A stretch of DNA of 64,000 nucleotides from Eledone cirrhosa (lineage: Eukaryota). Under the pieces are notes generated by a model that saw only the letters and a program-made list of their open reading frames with translations, did no database searches and was not told the origin of the DNA. The stretch lies in NCBI GenBank assembly GCA_964016885.1, contig OZ024740.1, forward strand, positions 378,882,001 through 378,946,000, read 5' to 3'. The translations under genes and the position numbers were made by a program. Positions 31,052 to 44,580 of the stretch are shown here, in pieces (position 1 is the stretch's first letter; every line of letters starts with the position of its first letter).

Positions 31052-31431
31052 ACTGCCAAAAGGTTATGGCTGAATACAATAAATGTAATCTGAGTTTTCG
31101 AAAATTAATAATAATATTCGATTCGTTTGCAATTATGCAAAGAGCCTCCTTTAAGCCATGTCAGCAGAATGAGCCCCTCATTCTTACTCTTGTGTTGGCA
31201 TGTAAACAGAACTGCAGACGCTAATGTTTCTGGGTGATTGCCTTTCATCAGTGCAGTTTACTGATGAAAGGTAATCACCCAGAAACATTAGTGTCTGCAG
31301 GTCTGTTTACATGCCAATACAAGAGCAAGAATGAGGGCCTCATTCTACTGACATGGCTTAAAAGAGGCTGTTTGCATAATTGCAAACGAATCGATTATTA
31401 TTATTAATATTCGAAAAACTCAGATTTCATT
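31048..31431 (-). mobile_element. Fold-back hammerhead cassette H5 (tail 31048-31081, arms 31082-31252/31260-31431)
   Basis: ~170-bp imperfect inverted repeat between (TA)n and (CA)n. Confidence 0.8.
31211..31257 (-). ncRNA. Type I hammerhead ribozyme (mirror core on + at 31261-31300)
   Basis: Minus strand reads actgca CTGATGA a aggc aatc accc a GAAAC ATTAGC GTC tgcagt: 6-bp stem I, GUC triplet. Confidence 0.8.
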
Positions 31432-31446
31432 CATATATACACACAC

Positions 31447-31945
<499 letters not shown>

Positions 31946-32080
31946 TATATATAGGAGATATATATATAGGAGGTGAATAAATTTGGTGTAATACTAGTTT
32001 CTTACCAAATGTGAAGAAGCTCGATATATTAACCCCTTAGAAAAGGACACAGAGCGTAATTGTTTTAAATTATATATATA

Positions 32081-32296
32081 CAGTGGCGGTGGAACTTTGG
32101 GTGGAGGATGTTCCTTTAATTATATTTTCTCCCCAAACTACCAACACACACATCTATTTGGATATGCGCTGCAATTTATGTTTATCGCATATCGAATTTT
32201 TCTGACTATTTTATAGTTCAAAGAGCTAAACTAATTACTACAACTAAATTGTCAAAATTTGGCCCCTCTAATTCAGAAATGATTCCACCGCCTCTG
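32081..32296 (+). mobile_element. MITE with CAG(T/A)GGCGGTGGAA TIRs (hAT-like)
   Basis: CAGTGGCGGTGGAA..TTCCACCGCCTCTG; left ~100 bp shared with 48945-49050. Confidence 0.6.
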
Positions 32297-33947
32297 TTAA
32301 AGTATGAATAACAATGTCAATATAGCTGCCGTTATAATGGTGATGAGTATCGTAACAGATTGGATAGCTTCGTGGGATCCAAACCTCTCCAAGATTTAAC
32401 GACACGACAAGTTAAATACAGCACTCAAGCTAGCGGAATAGTCAGTAAATATAAATGTGTTGCAACCACTTACAGTGTTAAATTTGCAATATCTCGTCTA
32501 TTTCCAGTTAGATGAACTAAGTAATTTAACAGAAAATTGTGTTAGCCAGCCACACAACACATAGTATCATGCGACAATATATTCTATCCTCATTGAGAAA
32601 GCTCGATGACCATGAAAACTACTAACGTATCGCACTCATTTCAAATATAAATGGAAGCAGTATTAAACGCTCACTACGTTCCTAATCGGAGATTACTAAT
32701 ACACAAAGGAATTATGCTTTCCATTACCACACATCGGTAGAACTTACATTTGAAAACTTCGAAGAGATCCTCAGCGTGGTAACTTGATACTCTCTAAAAA
32801 TAAGAAACACGTTTCTATAAAGTCACACCATGTCGTCATAAAGAAAGGAGGGACTCAAAAGGTTAACGAAAAAAAAAAAATGAAGTGCTCAGAGCCTTTT
32901 ATTGCAGGTCTACTCAACTAGAACACACCTAGTGTCTAAATAACAACAGCTGTGACAATTCACACATACTCTCCATCTGTCGTATAACAATTGGATGGGT
33001 ATTTAATTGTTAGACTACTTCATTTCGGCATTTGTCGATACGATTCTCTTTATCCCATGTCCTATTAAATTCTTTGGGCATAAATATTAAGCTATATTGC
33101 CCATATTTTTTCTTTTATATCTCAATGATCCATTATATTATATGTTTAATGATTCGCACTCCTACACAGTTTCTTCACTGCTTCTTAACCTTTTGCACAC
33201 AGGCGTCATTCATATCTCACACTAAATGCACCAATTCCATTAACAAAGGCAGTAAAACATCATCCAGTGAAGATATGACGACCTATTTTCCGACAGCACG
33301 AAAATAGACATTACATATATATCAAGGAAACACATCAGAATACGCCTTCTTTACTCATAAACAGTACACAGATAAATCTTCACACACTTTACAAATACGT
33401 CAAAATCTCTGATTATTTCTCACGCGAATATATATGAAAATTTATCTACAACATATGTACCAACTATCTACATTGAGACAATGGGCGAGCTATTACATGG
33501 TCGCTGGACCTTCTAGAAATAGCAGTCAAATATCACACAAATCACTTACTACCGTCTAGAATAAAGAACATACACATTTGATAATGTAGCCTTAGACACC
33601 CTTAACAAGATGGGTTGATCCCCGATCATTAGGATGGCTATAATTATGGGTCTCATCTCTCTCCTCTTTGTGGGGAGAATATACTTCTATACGCTGCAGA
33701 TGTTCTATAAATTATAACATGTACCACAAATATATATGGGACAGAATTGTTGTCATATACACTAACATTCTAGACAGCATCTATTGAATGTACGTATTAC
33801 AGTCACAACCACAAAGAAGTGTTGTATCTTTATGTTGTTTCATCTGCCAATTCACACAGCACTATATTTCCAGAGACGCCTCTCAATGGGTCTCTATCCT
33901 TTGAGAGCTTACAAAATAATAATCTCTGCTTTCCTCTTTCTCGATTC

Positions 33948-33978
<31 letters not shown>

Positions 33979-33980
<2 letters not shown>

Positions 33981-34330
33981 CACATAAGAAACGGAGAATC
34001 AGTGCTGCGACGAATTAAAGTTTATTAGACATATTATAATCGTTTCTCTGGCGACCAGCTCAAGGCACGATCGATGCAATGATCGAACCTGACTCTGAAA
34101 TCGCAAGATCCTCAGATACGGCTCGATCTTTCCACTTGGAAACTCAGGTTCGATTTGGAAACTCAGGTCCGATCATCGCATCGATCGTGCCTCGAGCTAG
34201 TCGGCAGAGAAACGATTGTAATATGTCTAATAAACTTTAATTCGTCGCACCACTAATTCTCCGTTTCATATGTAAGAGCATCGAGTGCTCAAACGGCCCA
34301 CCGCATACAGACGCTTTAAGCATCCCACAC

Positions 34331-34335
<5 letters not shown>
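33979..34335 (+). mobile_element. Fold-back cassette H6
   Basis: Arms ~33981-34093 and ~34172-34272, with tail to 34335. An inverted second copy lies at 34808-35112. Confidence 0.8.
34030..34120 (-). ncRNA. Hammerhead with ~60-nt stem II
   Basis: Minus strand reads cgtat CTGAGGA tct..aga GAAAC GATT ATA atatg. The sister arm has GAAACGATTGTA at 34209-34220. Confidence 0.6.
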
Positions 34336-34390
<55 letters not shown>

Positions 34391-34439
34391 CGTATATACA
34401 TATATATATATATAAAAGTATAAAATATATTAAAAATAT

Positions 34440-34761
34440 ACATTTACCGGCACATGGAGATACACAGTGGGTGCGCCCGGTTATATGTGTCTACAAAGAT
34501 GTTGTTACGTTGCGAACATGGATCAATCCACATATGGAATCTTCACGCAAAGCCACATAATGGGCGTTCATGGTATTACATTAAATATTATGCGCAGACC
34601 AGTGACAGAATATGCTCCGAAATCATTAGACGTGTCCGTCGAACCTGCGGGTCCAGAATCAGACAAATCCACACAATGATCACGTCTTGAGCTGTCCGCC
34701 GGCGAAACAATTGTAACACACAATAAATTGAGTTCAGATGCATCACTGATTTTTCGTTTTC

Positions 34762-34766
<5 letters not shown>
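34440..34766 (+). repeat. PLE-terminus-like repeat; 3' 170 bp shared with 35902-36070
   Basis: Shared CCAGTGACAGAATATGCTCCG..GGCGAAACAATTGTAACAC, a hammerhead 3' half. Confidence 0.6.
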
Positions 34767-34807
<41 letters not shown>

Positions 34808-34811
<4 letters not shown>

Positions 34812-35109
34812 GGTGTGGGATGCTTAAAGCGTCTGTATGCGGTGGGCCGTTTGAGCACTCGATGCTCTTACAGAGCAGAGTATAATATCACATATGAAAC
34901 GGAGAATTAGTGGTGCGACGAATTAAAGTTTATTAGACATATTACAATCGTTTCTCTGCCGACTAGCTCGAGGCACGATCGATGCGATGATAGGACCTGA
35001 GTCTCCAAATCGAACCTGAGTTTCCAAGTGGAAAGATCGAGACGTATCTGAGGATCTTGCGATTTCAGAGTCAGTTTCGATCATCGTATCGAACGTGCCT
35101 TGAGCTGGT

Positions 35110-35112
<3 letters not shown>
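34808..35112 (-). mobile_element. Second copy of cassette H6, inverted relative to 33979-34335
   Basis: Reverse complement of 34051-34335, including the same internal junction. Confidence 0.8.
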
Positions 35113-35170
<58 letters not shown>

Positions 35171-35709
35171 ATGTATGTATTTTCTATGTATGTACATGTT
35201 TATAACAAGACGCATCCTTTCATGTATGACCCATTGGTATCTTTATATGACTTAGTGTGAATATTCTATTGATGTATATATATATACATATATTTTTTTA
35301 TGCATGCGTGGGTGTGTATGTGAATATGCGCATATTTGTAGGAGTGTACATGAGCCAGTGTGTGTGTGTGTACTAGCACCCCTGTAGGGAAAGGGTTTGT
35401 TTGTGTATATATATGTGTATTTGTGAGCGAGTGTTTGCGTGGGTGGAGGGGGGTATATGTATATGTCTGTACGTCTTTGCGTGTACGGGTATATATACGT
35501 GTATGCATGTGTATGCACACATGTGTGTGTGTGTATGTTGATGTATATAGGCATGTGGGCATGTGTCTGTGTATGTACGTGCCTCTCTGGATGCATGTAT
35601 GCGTATGTTTATGTTCTCCTTAAATGTGTGTGTATAGCGCGAGTCTATGCGTACGACTGTCGTTATCTATGTGATTATGTGTGTGTGTGTGTGTGTGTGT
35701 GAGTGCGCG

Positions 35710-36147
35710 CGTGGATGTGTAAGCTACCAAACACAGCAGTAATTTATTGAAGTGTAGCAGACATGGGAGAGGCAACGCCCTGATGGTCAGCAGACTGGTA
35801 CCTGTGGTCAGAATTATGATGACGTAGACAACCAGCGGCCAATCACAGGACACGCGAAGAGGATGAGGCTTTTGACGGTACTGGCCCAGAGGGTCAGATA
35901 CCCCAGTGACAGAATATGCTCCGAAATCATTAGACGTGTCCGTCGAACCTGCGGATCCAGAATCAGACAGATCCACACAATGACCGCGTCTCGAGCTGTC
36001 CGCCGGCGAAACAATTGTAACACAATAAATTGAGTTCAGATGAATCACTGATGTTTCGTTTTCTATTATATCATACTCTGCTCTGTAAGAGCATCGAGGG
36101 CTCAACCGGCATAGCGCCTATGGAAGCATCTTAGCTAGCATCAGACA
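35710..36147 (+). repeat. PLE-terminus-like repeat with H6-related tail
   Basis: Tail TACTCTGCTCTGTAAGAGCATCGAGGGCTCAA matches the H6 tail. Confidence 0.55.
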
Positions 36148-36167
36148 TATATATATATATATATATA

Positions 36168-36401
36168 ATGAAGGATTTCCGTAGGAAAGGTAAAAGAAAA
36201 GAGAGTGCTCTATGTAGGCTACAGACCTTTTTAGTTATGTAATAAACAATATAAGATAATTATTTCATTTACCAGTGGTTTCTTGAGACAGATATTTATA
36301 TCCGTCTTCAGTCGTCAGAACGACTGAAGATAAATATAAATATCTGTCTTCAAGAAACCACTGGTAAATGAAATAATTATCTTATATTGTTTATTACATA
36401 A
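36168..36401 (-). mobile_element. Fold-back cassette H7 (tail 36168-36234, arms 36235-36315/36320-36401)
   Basis: Inverted repeat with CTGAAGA 4 nt from the fold centre on both strands, followed by GAAACCACTGGTA / GAAATAATTATC. Stem I is not recoverable. Confidence 0.65.
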
Positions 36402-36406
36402 GTATA

Positions 36407-37274
36407 CGAGGTGTGTCAGAAAAGTTCCAGGACTGATGTCACAATAGATTTATTTCAAACCCAAACTTCACACTAAAAGTTTTCTCCTTCAAAGTAATCC
36501 CCCTGGAGTCTAATGCACTTTTCCATCCTTTTCTGCCACGCTTGCATGCACTCCTGGAAGGATTCTTCCGGGATCCTCCTCAGTTCCGTCGTCACGGCCT
36601 TTTTGGTGTCGTCGACGTCTTCAAAACGGGTCCCCTCCGGGTCGTACTCGAAGATCCATGACTCATCACCGGTGATGACTGTCTCTAGCAAGCCTGGTTC
36701 AGTTTCAAGACGCTCGAGGATGTCCTGGCACACTTGCATGCGCCGACCCTTCTGGTCATCGTTCGTTCAGCAGTTTTGGTACCATCTTCGCGCAGACTTT
36801 CCGCATGTCCAAATCTTCAGTGAGAATCTTCCAGACGCTGTCCCAATTCATGCCCAGCTCATTTGCCATCAGTCGAACAGTCAGCCGACTGAGCGCTCAA
36901 CGTTGACCTCAGTCCTGGTTGTTGAGGGCCTTCCGCTCCTGGGGTCATCTTGCACCACTCAAAAACACGTGAGCGTGACATCGTCTCATCTCCATATACT
37001 TGCTGCAGCAATCCCAGTGCTTCTGACGGAGTTTTCCCCAACCGTACCAGAAACTTCAAGTTTGTTCGTTGCTCTGTGCTCATTGCTTGACGACCTGAAA
37101 CAGAGGCCATGTATATAAAATTATGAAGAAAAAAGTTTGATCGCTTCAGAGAGCTAAGGTTACAGTTACATATTCCAGGGGGATTACTTTGAAGGAGAAA
37201 ACTCTTTGTGTGAAGTTTGGGCTTGAAATGAATCTTTTGTGACAACAGTCCTGGAACTTTTCTGATACACCTCG
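36407..37274 (-). mobile_element. Tc1/mariner element, internally deleted
   Basis: TA TSDs; TIR CGAGGTGT(G/A)TCAGAAAAGTTCCAGGACTG; transposase pieces EQRTNLKFLVRLGKTPSE..SRSRVFEW, VITGDESWIFEYDPE, W.KRMEKCIRLQGDYFEG. Confidence 0.92.
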
Positions 37275-37782
37275 TATATATATATATATTAAGTGTATGA
37301 AACTTTGTTTATACTAAATAAGCTTTCTTTGCAATAGATTGAGCCTTGTTTTCCTTGACCTTTTATCTACGTATATCCTGCGCACAAATATTTCTCCTAG
37401 CATGGAACTTTGTGACAAAGTCTGTCATACATGAGTATGATAGACGAGCCTATTAGCCCGAACAGATGAGACTACTCCTCTAAGAACATACCGACACCAA
37501 CTAATTTTCCTTCCCCAAAATGCGAAAACTAAATAGTGAGAGTGTTTTACTAGTTTTTGCTAATATTAGGACAATATGACCCCCTCCCCCCCAGTATAAT
37601 AACATATATGATTACTTCCTCCTAATTTTGCTAAAGCTAGGTATGTGACATGTGACGAGCGTCACAACCTTAAAATTTATAGCGAAAGGCCTTCCAGATG
37701 TTTCTCACAAGCATCCTGTATATTATTAAATATACAATACGTACATTTATGCGTATATCGCTATGTCGGAGCACCAATGTAA

Positions 37783-37831
<49 letters not shown>

Positions 37832-38334
37832 AACGCTAGATTCTTATATATATAGAGAGAGAGACTAAAAGGATGTATATTATCCATAAGCATTTCGTAT
37901 ATACACCAATATACAACCTTTGCTATGACTCATGCTATGTCAGAGCATTACTACTGCTTATTGATTGGAACCTTTGCTCTGTATGCGATTCAAATGAGAT
38001 TCATCAGGTGATGTTCATAAGCAAAACACTATGTTTTCAGCTTATTTTGTCTCAGCAGCAACGGAGTAAGTTTCTCTGAGGCCGGACAAAAATCCCCAAT
38101 CGTTACCGTGAGGGTGCTCCCCCGCGCCATTGTTGATGTGAATAGCAGTGACATGATCACAGTTAAAAATTCATATCGAGGCTAAAAGAATGTTTATTAT
38201 ATATACTAGAGCCCTTGCCATATCTTTTTTTTTCCGTTTTTTGAAATATTTTCTTATTTTACATTCCATTCTTTCTTCTCAATCTAAATTTTCTTTTTTC
38301 TTTTTGTATTAAATTGTATTTACATGTTATCATC

Positions 38335-39290
38335 TAGTACAGGTAATTGATGATAACCTCGGTTGAGGTAGATTTTGGAGAAAATCGAGCACCCTGCTAA
38401 CTGAACCGAGAAGCCTTGTATGTGCAGAATGGAGTAGTAGTAGGGTGAGGTACTTTTGTTAGACAGCGATAATCCCTGCTGGGTCGCCAAGCTCTATTGG
38501 GTTTTGGCACTTCGTGTAGAGGTGAAGACCAGGGACGGTTTGATCGATCAACGATGCCCAAAGCTTCCATATTGTCAAATTTGACCTTCACAATAGCAAA
38601 TATGTCTGGTGGTAGACGGCATACACGGTTGTGTACTGGAGAATTGGTGGTTGGAATGTAGTGCTTTACTCTGTGGTGAGTTGTGGATTGGGAGATGTCA
38701 TGATAATGAGTTTCATGTAATTCAAAAGGAATTCCGAGAACTCGTTCTTGGTCTCAGAGACGTTTGATATATGAAAGTCACACGTGCAAATGTTGCCCGA
38801 GAAACAGAGGCATACTTACTGCTATTGACGAGTCATCTCCCCTGATTATCGACCAGCAGTGAGTGATCCCGAAGGAAGTCTGCTCCAATGATAGGCTGAT
38901 GGGCATCAGCGGCGGTGAATGTCCATGTATATTACTGTGAGCCTCTGTGGAGGGAGAGAGTACGGTATCTGTAAGCTTTGATTGTAGAATCATTGGCAGC
39001 TGCCACTGACTCCCCTCTCTATAACGGAGGTCGTTTACAGATGCCGGGATAACACTGACTTCTACTTCTGTGTCGATTAAGAATCTGACTGGAGATCTGA
39101 TCATAGACATACAGGACAGTTGATCATGTTTGCCGACCACCAGGGTGTTTATTGGTGGTTGGTCCTAGAGTTTCTCCCGGAGTCGATGGTGAAGAGCTAT
39201 TGAAGTTACATGGTTACTTGGTATCTTTTGCTTCAAATTTCTTGTGAAAGAAACACATATCACTTTACGTGACCTCATTGTCTTGTGGTT
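38335..39290 (-). mobile_element. Decayed Gypsy LTR retrotransposon fragment (gag end, protease, RT start)
   Basis: FLIDTEVEVSVIP; MEALGIVDRSNRPWSSPLHEVPKPNRAWRPSRDYRCL; then GCSIFSKIYLNRGYHQLPV. Confidence 0.85.
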
Positions 39291-39640
39291 GACCTCGTGG
39301 TATTGATTCTCCCTCATTACACCCTTTACCACCTCTTTCCCGCACTTTCACACTTCGTATCCCTCTTTACCCCTCTTCCCTACTTTTCCCCATTTTTTAA
39401 CCTCTCTTTCCCTATTTCTTTAACCTGCTGTCTTCCCTCCTCTTTTCCACCCTTCCTTCCCTTGATGGTTTTCCTCCCCTTCTTCCACTTCTGCCTCTTC
39501 GAACCCATTCTTTCCCTACCACCCTTTAATCAACTTCCTACCCTCTTCTCTCCCTTTCTTAATTTCACCCACCACTTTACCTACCATTTTACCCACTATC
39601 ATTATTTTACCCACTATTTTACCCAATATTATCATTTTAC

Positions 39641-39900
39641 CTACCGCTTTACCATGTCGTACCATGAGGTGGCTTTCCCTATCTTATGTCTAGCCCTCTC
39701 TAAGCTATTCCATGATTTGCTCCTGTATAATGAGCAAATTCCTTTCATGTCCAGTTCTATGAGGGTCTTATACTTCTCCGTGGCTCCTTCGTATACTCTG
39801 ATTCTGTCTCTTTGGTTGTAGCCAGAGAATTGCATGCGGTTGATGAAGTGTTGGATGTGTCTTTCCATTTCTGCTGGGTCGCACATGCAGGACACCTCGC
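39641..39900 (-). mobile_element. Fragment of a different PLE lineage (RT thumb/C-terminal region)
   Basis: HFINRMQFSGYNQRDR..GICSLYRSKSWNSLER..KATSWY resembles PLE post-RT regions (family knowledge, not searched). Confidence 0.5.
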
Positions 39901-39952
39901 AAAACTATATATATATATATATATATATGTATATACACATATATGTGTGTGT

Positions 39953-40035
<83 letters not shown>

Positions 40036-40624
40036 TGTATGTATGTATGTGTGTATGTCTGTCCCTTTCTAGATCTGTAATACACTTGCCTCTAAGCGTT
40101 TACTGTCCTGGTAAAATCAATTTAACCATCACTGACAGTGACAATCCAATTGTAAATAAGTAGCATGCAATATGATGCGATTTACGGCTATAACAATTTA
40201 GCTGCGATAGTATAAACTCATTATTGTTTAGTTGATTTTGGAAGCCGCTGCTCGTAAACATATCTAACAGAGCTGTTTTGTTATCAAAAGAAAACGTCTA
40301 GAAAGCTGAAATAAAATCTATAACTCTTCTCTTACATTGAAGTACAATTTTCAGTGTCTCATGCAGGAAAACCTGTGGTTAAAGAATCTTCTCTTTTAAG
40401 CTTCAAGAGCACTAGATTTATGCTAATATAAAGCACTAGATTTATGCTAATATAACTCAACGAATATATTAAAAGTTTACCTTATTGGATAAATGTATGT
40501 ATGGTCACGTAACTCCCAATAGAGTCGTAGGGGCGCCATATTGATATACGGTGTTTCATGGACATTTTAAGCCTGGCGGAGTCCATCCCTCTCCTGGCCT
40601 GAGTAGAACAGATTTATTCCAGTG

Positions 40625-40995
40625 AGAAGAAGAATCGACCCCAGTACTAGACTGGTCCTTTATTTTATCAACCTCAAAAGGATGAAAGGCAAAGTTGACC
40701 TTGGCGGGATTTGAACTCAGAGAGCAGGGAGCCGGAACGAATACCATAAGGCATTGAATCCGACGTTCTAACGACTCTACAAATTCGCCGGCTATTGGGT
40801 AAATAATTGTTTCTACTTTAGGCACAAGGCCAGCAATTACCCAGTACATTACTGGTACTTTATTTTATCGACTCCGTAAGGATGAAAGGCAAAGTTAACC
40901 TCGGCGGGATTTGAACTCAGACTGTAAAGGGACGTAACTATGCTAGAAAGCATGGCGTCCAACCCTCTACCGATACTGCCAATTCACCGCCCCAT
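40625..40995 (-). mobile_element. Two adjacent SINEs (40625-40795 related subfamily; 40800-40995 family A)
   Basis: Both contain GGATGAAAGGCAAAGTT.ACCT.GGCGGGATTTGAACTCAG. Confidence 0.85.
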
Positions 40996-41366
40996 TCACG
41001 ACTATTGGGTAAATAATAACTAATAAATGGATAATATTTGGTTAGGAACACTGACCCTATATTGTTGCTTAACCGCAAGTGAGGCTTCATCTAGAAGACC
41101 GTCAACCAAAGACATTCCAGCTGTGCCTATCCTCTACGGTACCCAGAAAGAATGCATTCAAGACTACGGATAATTGGTGATCACCATTCTGACTACGAAG
41201 ACAATCCTATGCTATTTATATCAAACAAAACAGAACTTTAATGAAATGACCTGTCTAATTAGCACAATTTGCATCAGCAAGAAGCAGCATGAAGTAAATA
41301 ATTAATTAAGTTACATTTAATGTTGGCATAATTTGCAACCCTCATTCATTGTATTCTATTATTCGA

Positions 41367-42085
41367 TTATGTGTTCCAGCCGAGGGCTAAATTCATGCTG
41401 GGGCACCGCCAACGATGCTGCACATTTCCTATAGCCAGCTTTCCCATTGATGCAAAATGGAGTTTGTTATTGCTGCTCTTATATGTGCTTTGCCTCGTGT
41501 TGTGAATCGGGATATTGGTCAGTAGAATGTCGAGATGTCTTTTGAAAACATCTACATACACACCATGGAGATCTCTCAAGATTTGTTGGCAGCTTATTAA
41601 AAAGCTTGGGTCACTTGAACTATTGCAATATGTAGTCATTATTCTCGATGCGAGGTATGGGACCTTTGGCAGTACGTAGTGGCGGCCTATACGTGGACTG
41701 GTCCAGCCTTCAATGCCGAGGTTTGGTGCTAACCCTCCTAGGATCTTCCATATGTATATCAGTGCGTATCTCCCCCGTCCCCGCTCCAGGAAGTATAGCT
41801 TTAGTTTCTCCAGCCTCTCCCAGTATCTCATCCCTTTCATCGAGACAATCCCATTGGTGTAGCTTCGTTGGATTGCTTTAAATTCTGCAGTTAGTTTGAT
41901 ACTGTGGGGCGACTGTAGCTGAGAGCAATAGTCCAGGCGGTGGAGGACGAAAGTCCTCCAGAGGACCAATATGGTTTCCGGGTCCAATATGGTTTCGGGT
42001 CCTGAATGTCCTCAGAATCCAACCCACAAGACGTCTCCACACTGACATTATTTTGGTGATGTGTGCATGAAACAATGTATCATTG
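41367..42085 (-). mobile_element. CR1/L2-like LINE 3' region, decayed
   Basis: GWILRTFRTR..LWRTFVLHRLDYCSQL..AIQRSYT..YWERLEKLKLYFLERGRGRYALIYIWK. Confidence 0.75.
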
Positions 42086-42195
42086 TAGTTCTATATGCAT
42101 TAATTATCTTAGACTTTAAATATATATGCTCGTTATGAAACTTTTGCGAATTAGATTCACCATTTCAGTTCAGTTCTGGTTTATGTTTGATATAA

Positions 42196-42381
42196 ATAAT
42201 TGTTTCTACCTTTTGGCACAAGGCCATCAATATCCCAGTGCATTACTGGTACTTTATTTTATCGACCCCGTAAGGATGAAAGGCAAAGTTAACCTCGGCG
42301 GGATTTGAACTCAGACCATAAAGGGCCGTAACTCTATGCTGCAAAGCATGGCGTCCGACCCTCTACCGATACTGTCAATCC
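42196..42381 (-). mobile_element. SINE family A
   Basis: Full match to the reverse complement of 926-1110; flanked by the duplicated ATGTTTGATATAAATAAT (42183-42200/42382-42399). Confidence 0.85.
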
Positions 42382-42762
42382 ATGTTTGATATAAATAATA
42401 TTTGACAATAAGTTCTCTTTAAATGTGGAACAATAAGGGTATATGCAGTCTAAAGAGCAGCCAACTCACTGTGGGCATGTAAAGATAATCTCTCATTTTC
42501 TGTGTATGAGGAGTGCAAAAGAAGTTTTTTCCCATCTTTATGTGTACGTCTTTAAAACGAAGCTTATAAATCACACACACACACACATACACACAGACAT
42601 ATATATATATGTAAAGAGAGATAGAGAAATAGTGAGAAAGGCGAGACAGAGAAGGGATATAAATAAATGAAACTGGGTGGACGGAAATAGTGCGGAAACC
42701 TATAGAATAGATTGCACCTCTAATCCCCCACCGCTCTCTCTCTATCTCTCTCTCTCTCTCTT

Positions 42763-42798
<36 letters not shown>

Positions 42799-43014
42799 GC
42801 TCTCTCTCTTTCTCTCTTTCTCTCTCTCTCTCACGCACATACTTATAGTGTTGGCAAAATGGCAAAAGACAACATCTCAGAAACTCAGACTGTTAGACGA
42901 ATACATGATACAAATTGAACGTAGAGGAAAACACTGTGATCACCAGCTGTCGGTATAGTCTCCTGCAGTATCAATCCTTGGTACTGCTGATTCATTAAGG
43001 GTTAGAATGTTTAG

Positions 43015-43340
43015 CAAGATAATCCGGCCGCTTCCTCTTCGCACCGGATGCCGTCGAGACCTCAGGTGTACTCGGACACTGTACTGCCGAGCTCTTCCGC
43101 AAGATCGGAAGGTCGGCAGCCGGTATCAGGAAGGAGCCCCGCGAAGTGGAGTGGCTGTTACAGTATGTGTCGCTGGCCATTGTCCGAGGAAATGCTTTTG
43201 GGGTCTTTCCCGCGAGGTGCAGCCCCAACACCGTCACGCCATAGGCCAAGAGCCCATCACCCCCTTCCCCCATCCCATTCTTCTGTGGCCCTAGAGCCCT
43301 TGCTTTCTCTTCCTTTTCCGTTTTTAAATATTAATAAAGT
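43015..43340 (+). mobile_element. CRE-like non-LTR retrotransposon 3' end (restriction-like endonuclease C-terminus)
   Basis: A frame not in the track reads FAPDAVETSGVLGHCTAELFRKIGRSAAGIRKEPREVEWLLQYVSLAIVRGNAF, resembling the CRE motif F.P.A.ET.G..QR.S.A..RGNA. Confidence 0.65.
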
Positions 43341-43380
43341 TAGTTTTACTGAAAAAAAGTTAAACACTGTCCTTTAAAGG

Positions 43381-43520
43381 ACGTAGAACGAGACGTAAAG
43401 AACGAGACGTAAAGAACGAGACGTAAAGAACGAGACGTAAAGAACGAGACGTAAAGAACGAGACGTAAAGAACGAGACGTAGAACGAGACGGAAAGAACG
43501 AGACGTAGAACGAGACGGAA
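43381..43520 (+). repeat. 14-bp minisatellite (GAACGAGACGTAAA) x ~10
   Basis: Direct reading. Confidence 0.9.
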
Positions 43521-44498
43521 AAAATAGAATAAATGGTACAAGAACGCAGAAAGTAACGGTTGTATGGACAAAACTAACATAGAGACAGGGATAGAAAAAG
43601 GAATAGACAATTATATACTTGGAGGAATATAGTGATGACAAAATAAGTAAACAGCAGACGAGCGATATTTGAAGAGTTGAATTATGTTTAGAGGTCAATT
43701 TAAGGCAATACTGTGAGAGTAGAACTCATCTATATGTCAACATAGTTAAAGCAACTGGCATGTTTCGATTATATTAGTTCTCCTCAGTGAAGCATAATCA
43801 CTCAGCAACTTAGTTAGTCTGGAACAGTGAAAAAAATATAAGAAAGAAGAAATTATGGGCTGATTGTGTATGTCAAGAAGAGTAGAGGGGAAATGCTTCA
43901 TGGGAAAACTCTGCATGAAATGCATATATATAAATAGAAAGAGCGAGAGAGAGAGAAAGAGAGAGACAGAGGGAGAGAGGGAGAGAGAGAGAGAGAGAAC
44001 AAGGGAGATAGAGATAGGGGAGAAAGTGAGAGGGTGGTGGAAGAGAGAGATAGAGGGGAGAGAGAGAAGGTAGGGAGAGAGAGAGAGGGAGAAAGAAAGG
44101 GTAGGGAAAGAGAGAGAAAGGGAAAGAGAGAGAGAAGAAGAAAGAGAGAGATAGAGAGAGACAGAGAGAATGATTGAAGGATAAACATAAGTAACCTTCG
44201 CCTACATTAACAAATATGAGAAGCGCTTACAGAATAGCTAACAAGTTAATTACACGATAAGCAAGTTGTCGTCATTAACGTAATGGGGCTGTTAATTACA
44301 AAGATGGTGAGTCATTTTGGGTACCCCATGAGAAGAAAGTCGTGTTAATCCAGCAGCTGCTATGGCGGTATCGTTACTGTTTACTCACCAGAGTTCATTC
44401 CAAGGCCACAGCATATGAGGGCTGATGGATAACGCACGCGCAACTCTACTCAAATAACTTAGAGAACAAACCAACACTCCTCTTCCGCATTTCTCCTA

Positions 44499-44580
<82 letters not shown>

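Noticed and set aside
36513-37118. 201-aa plus-strand ORF
   Set aside because: Antisense to the mariner transposase.
43381-43520. Possible CRISPR-like array
   Set aside because: Head-to-tail 14-bp units with no unique spacers, no cas genes and a eukaryotic context.
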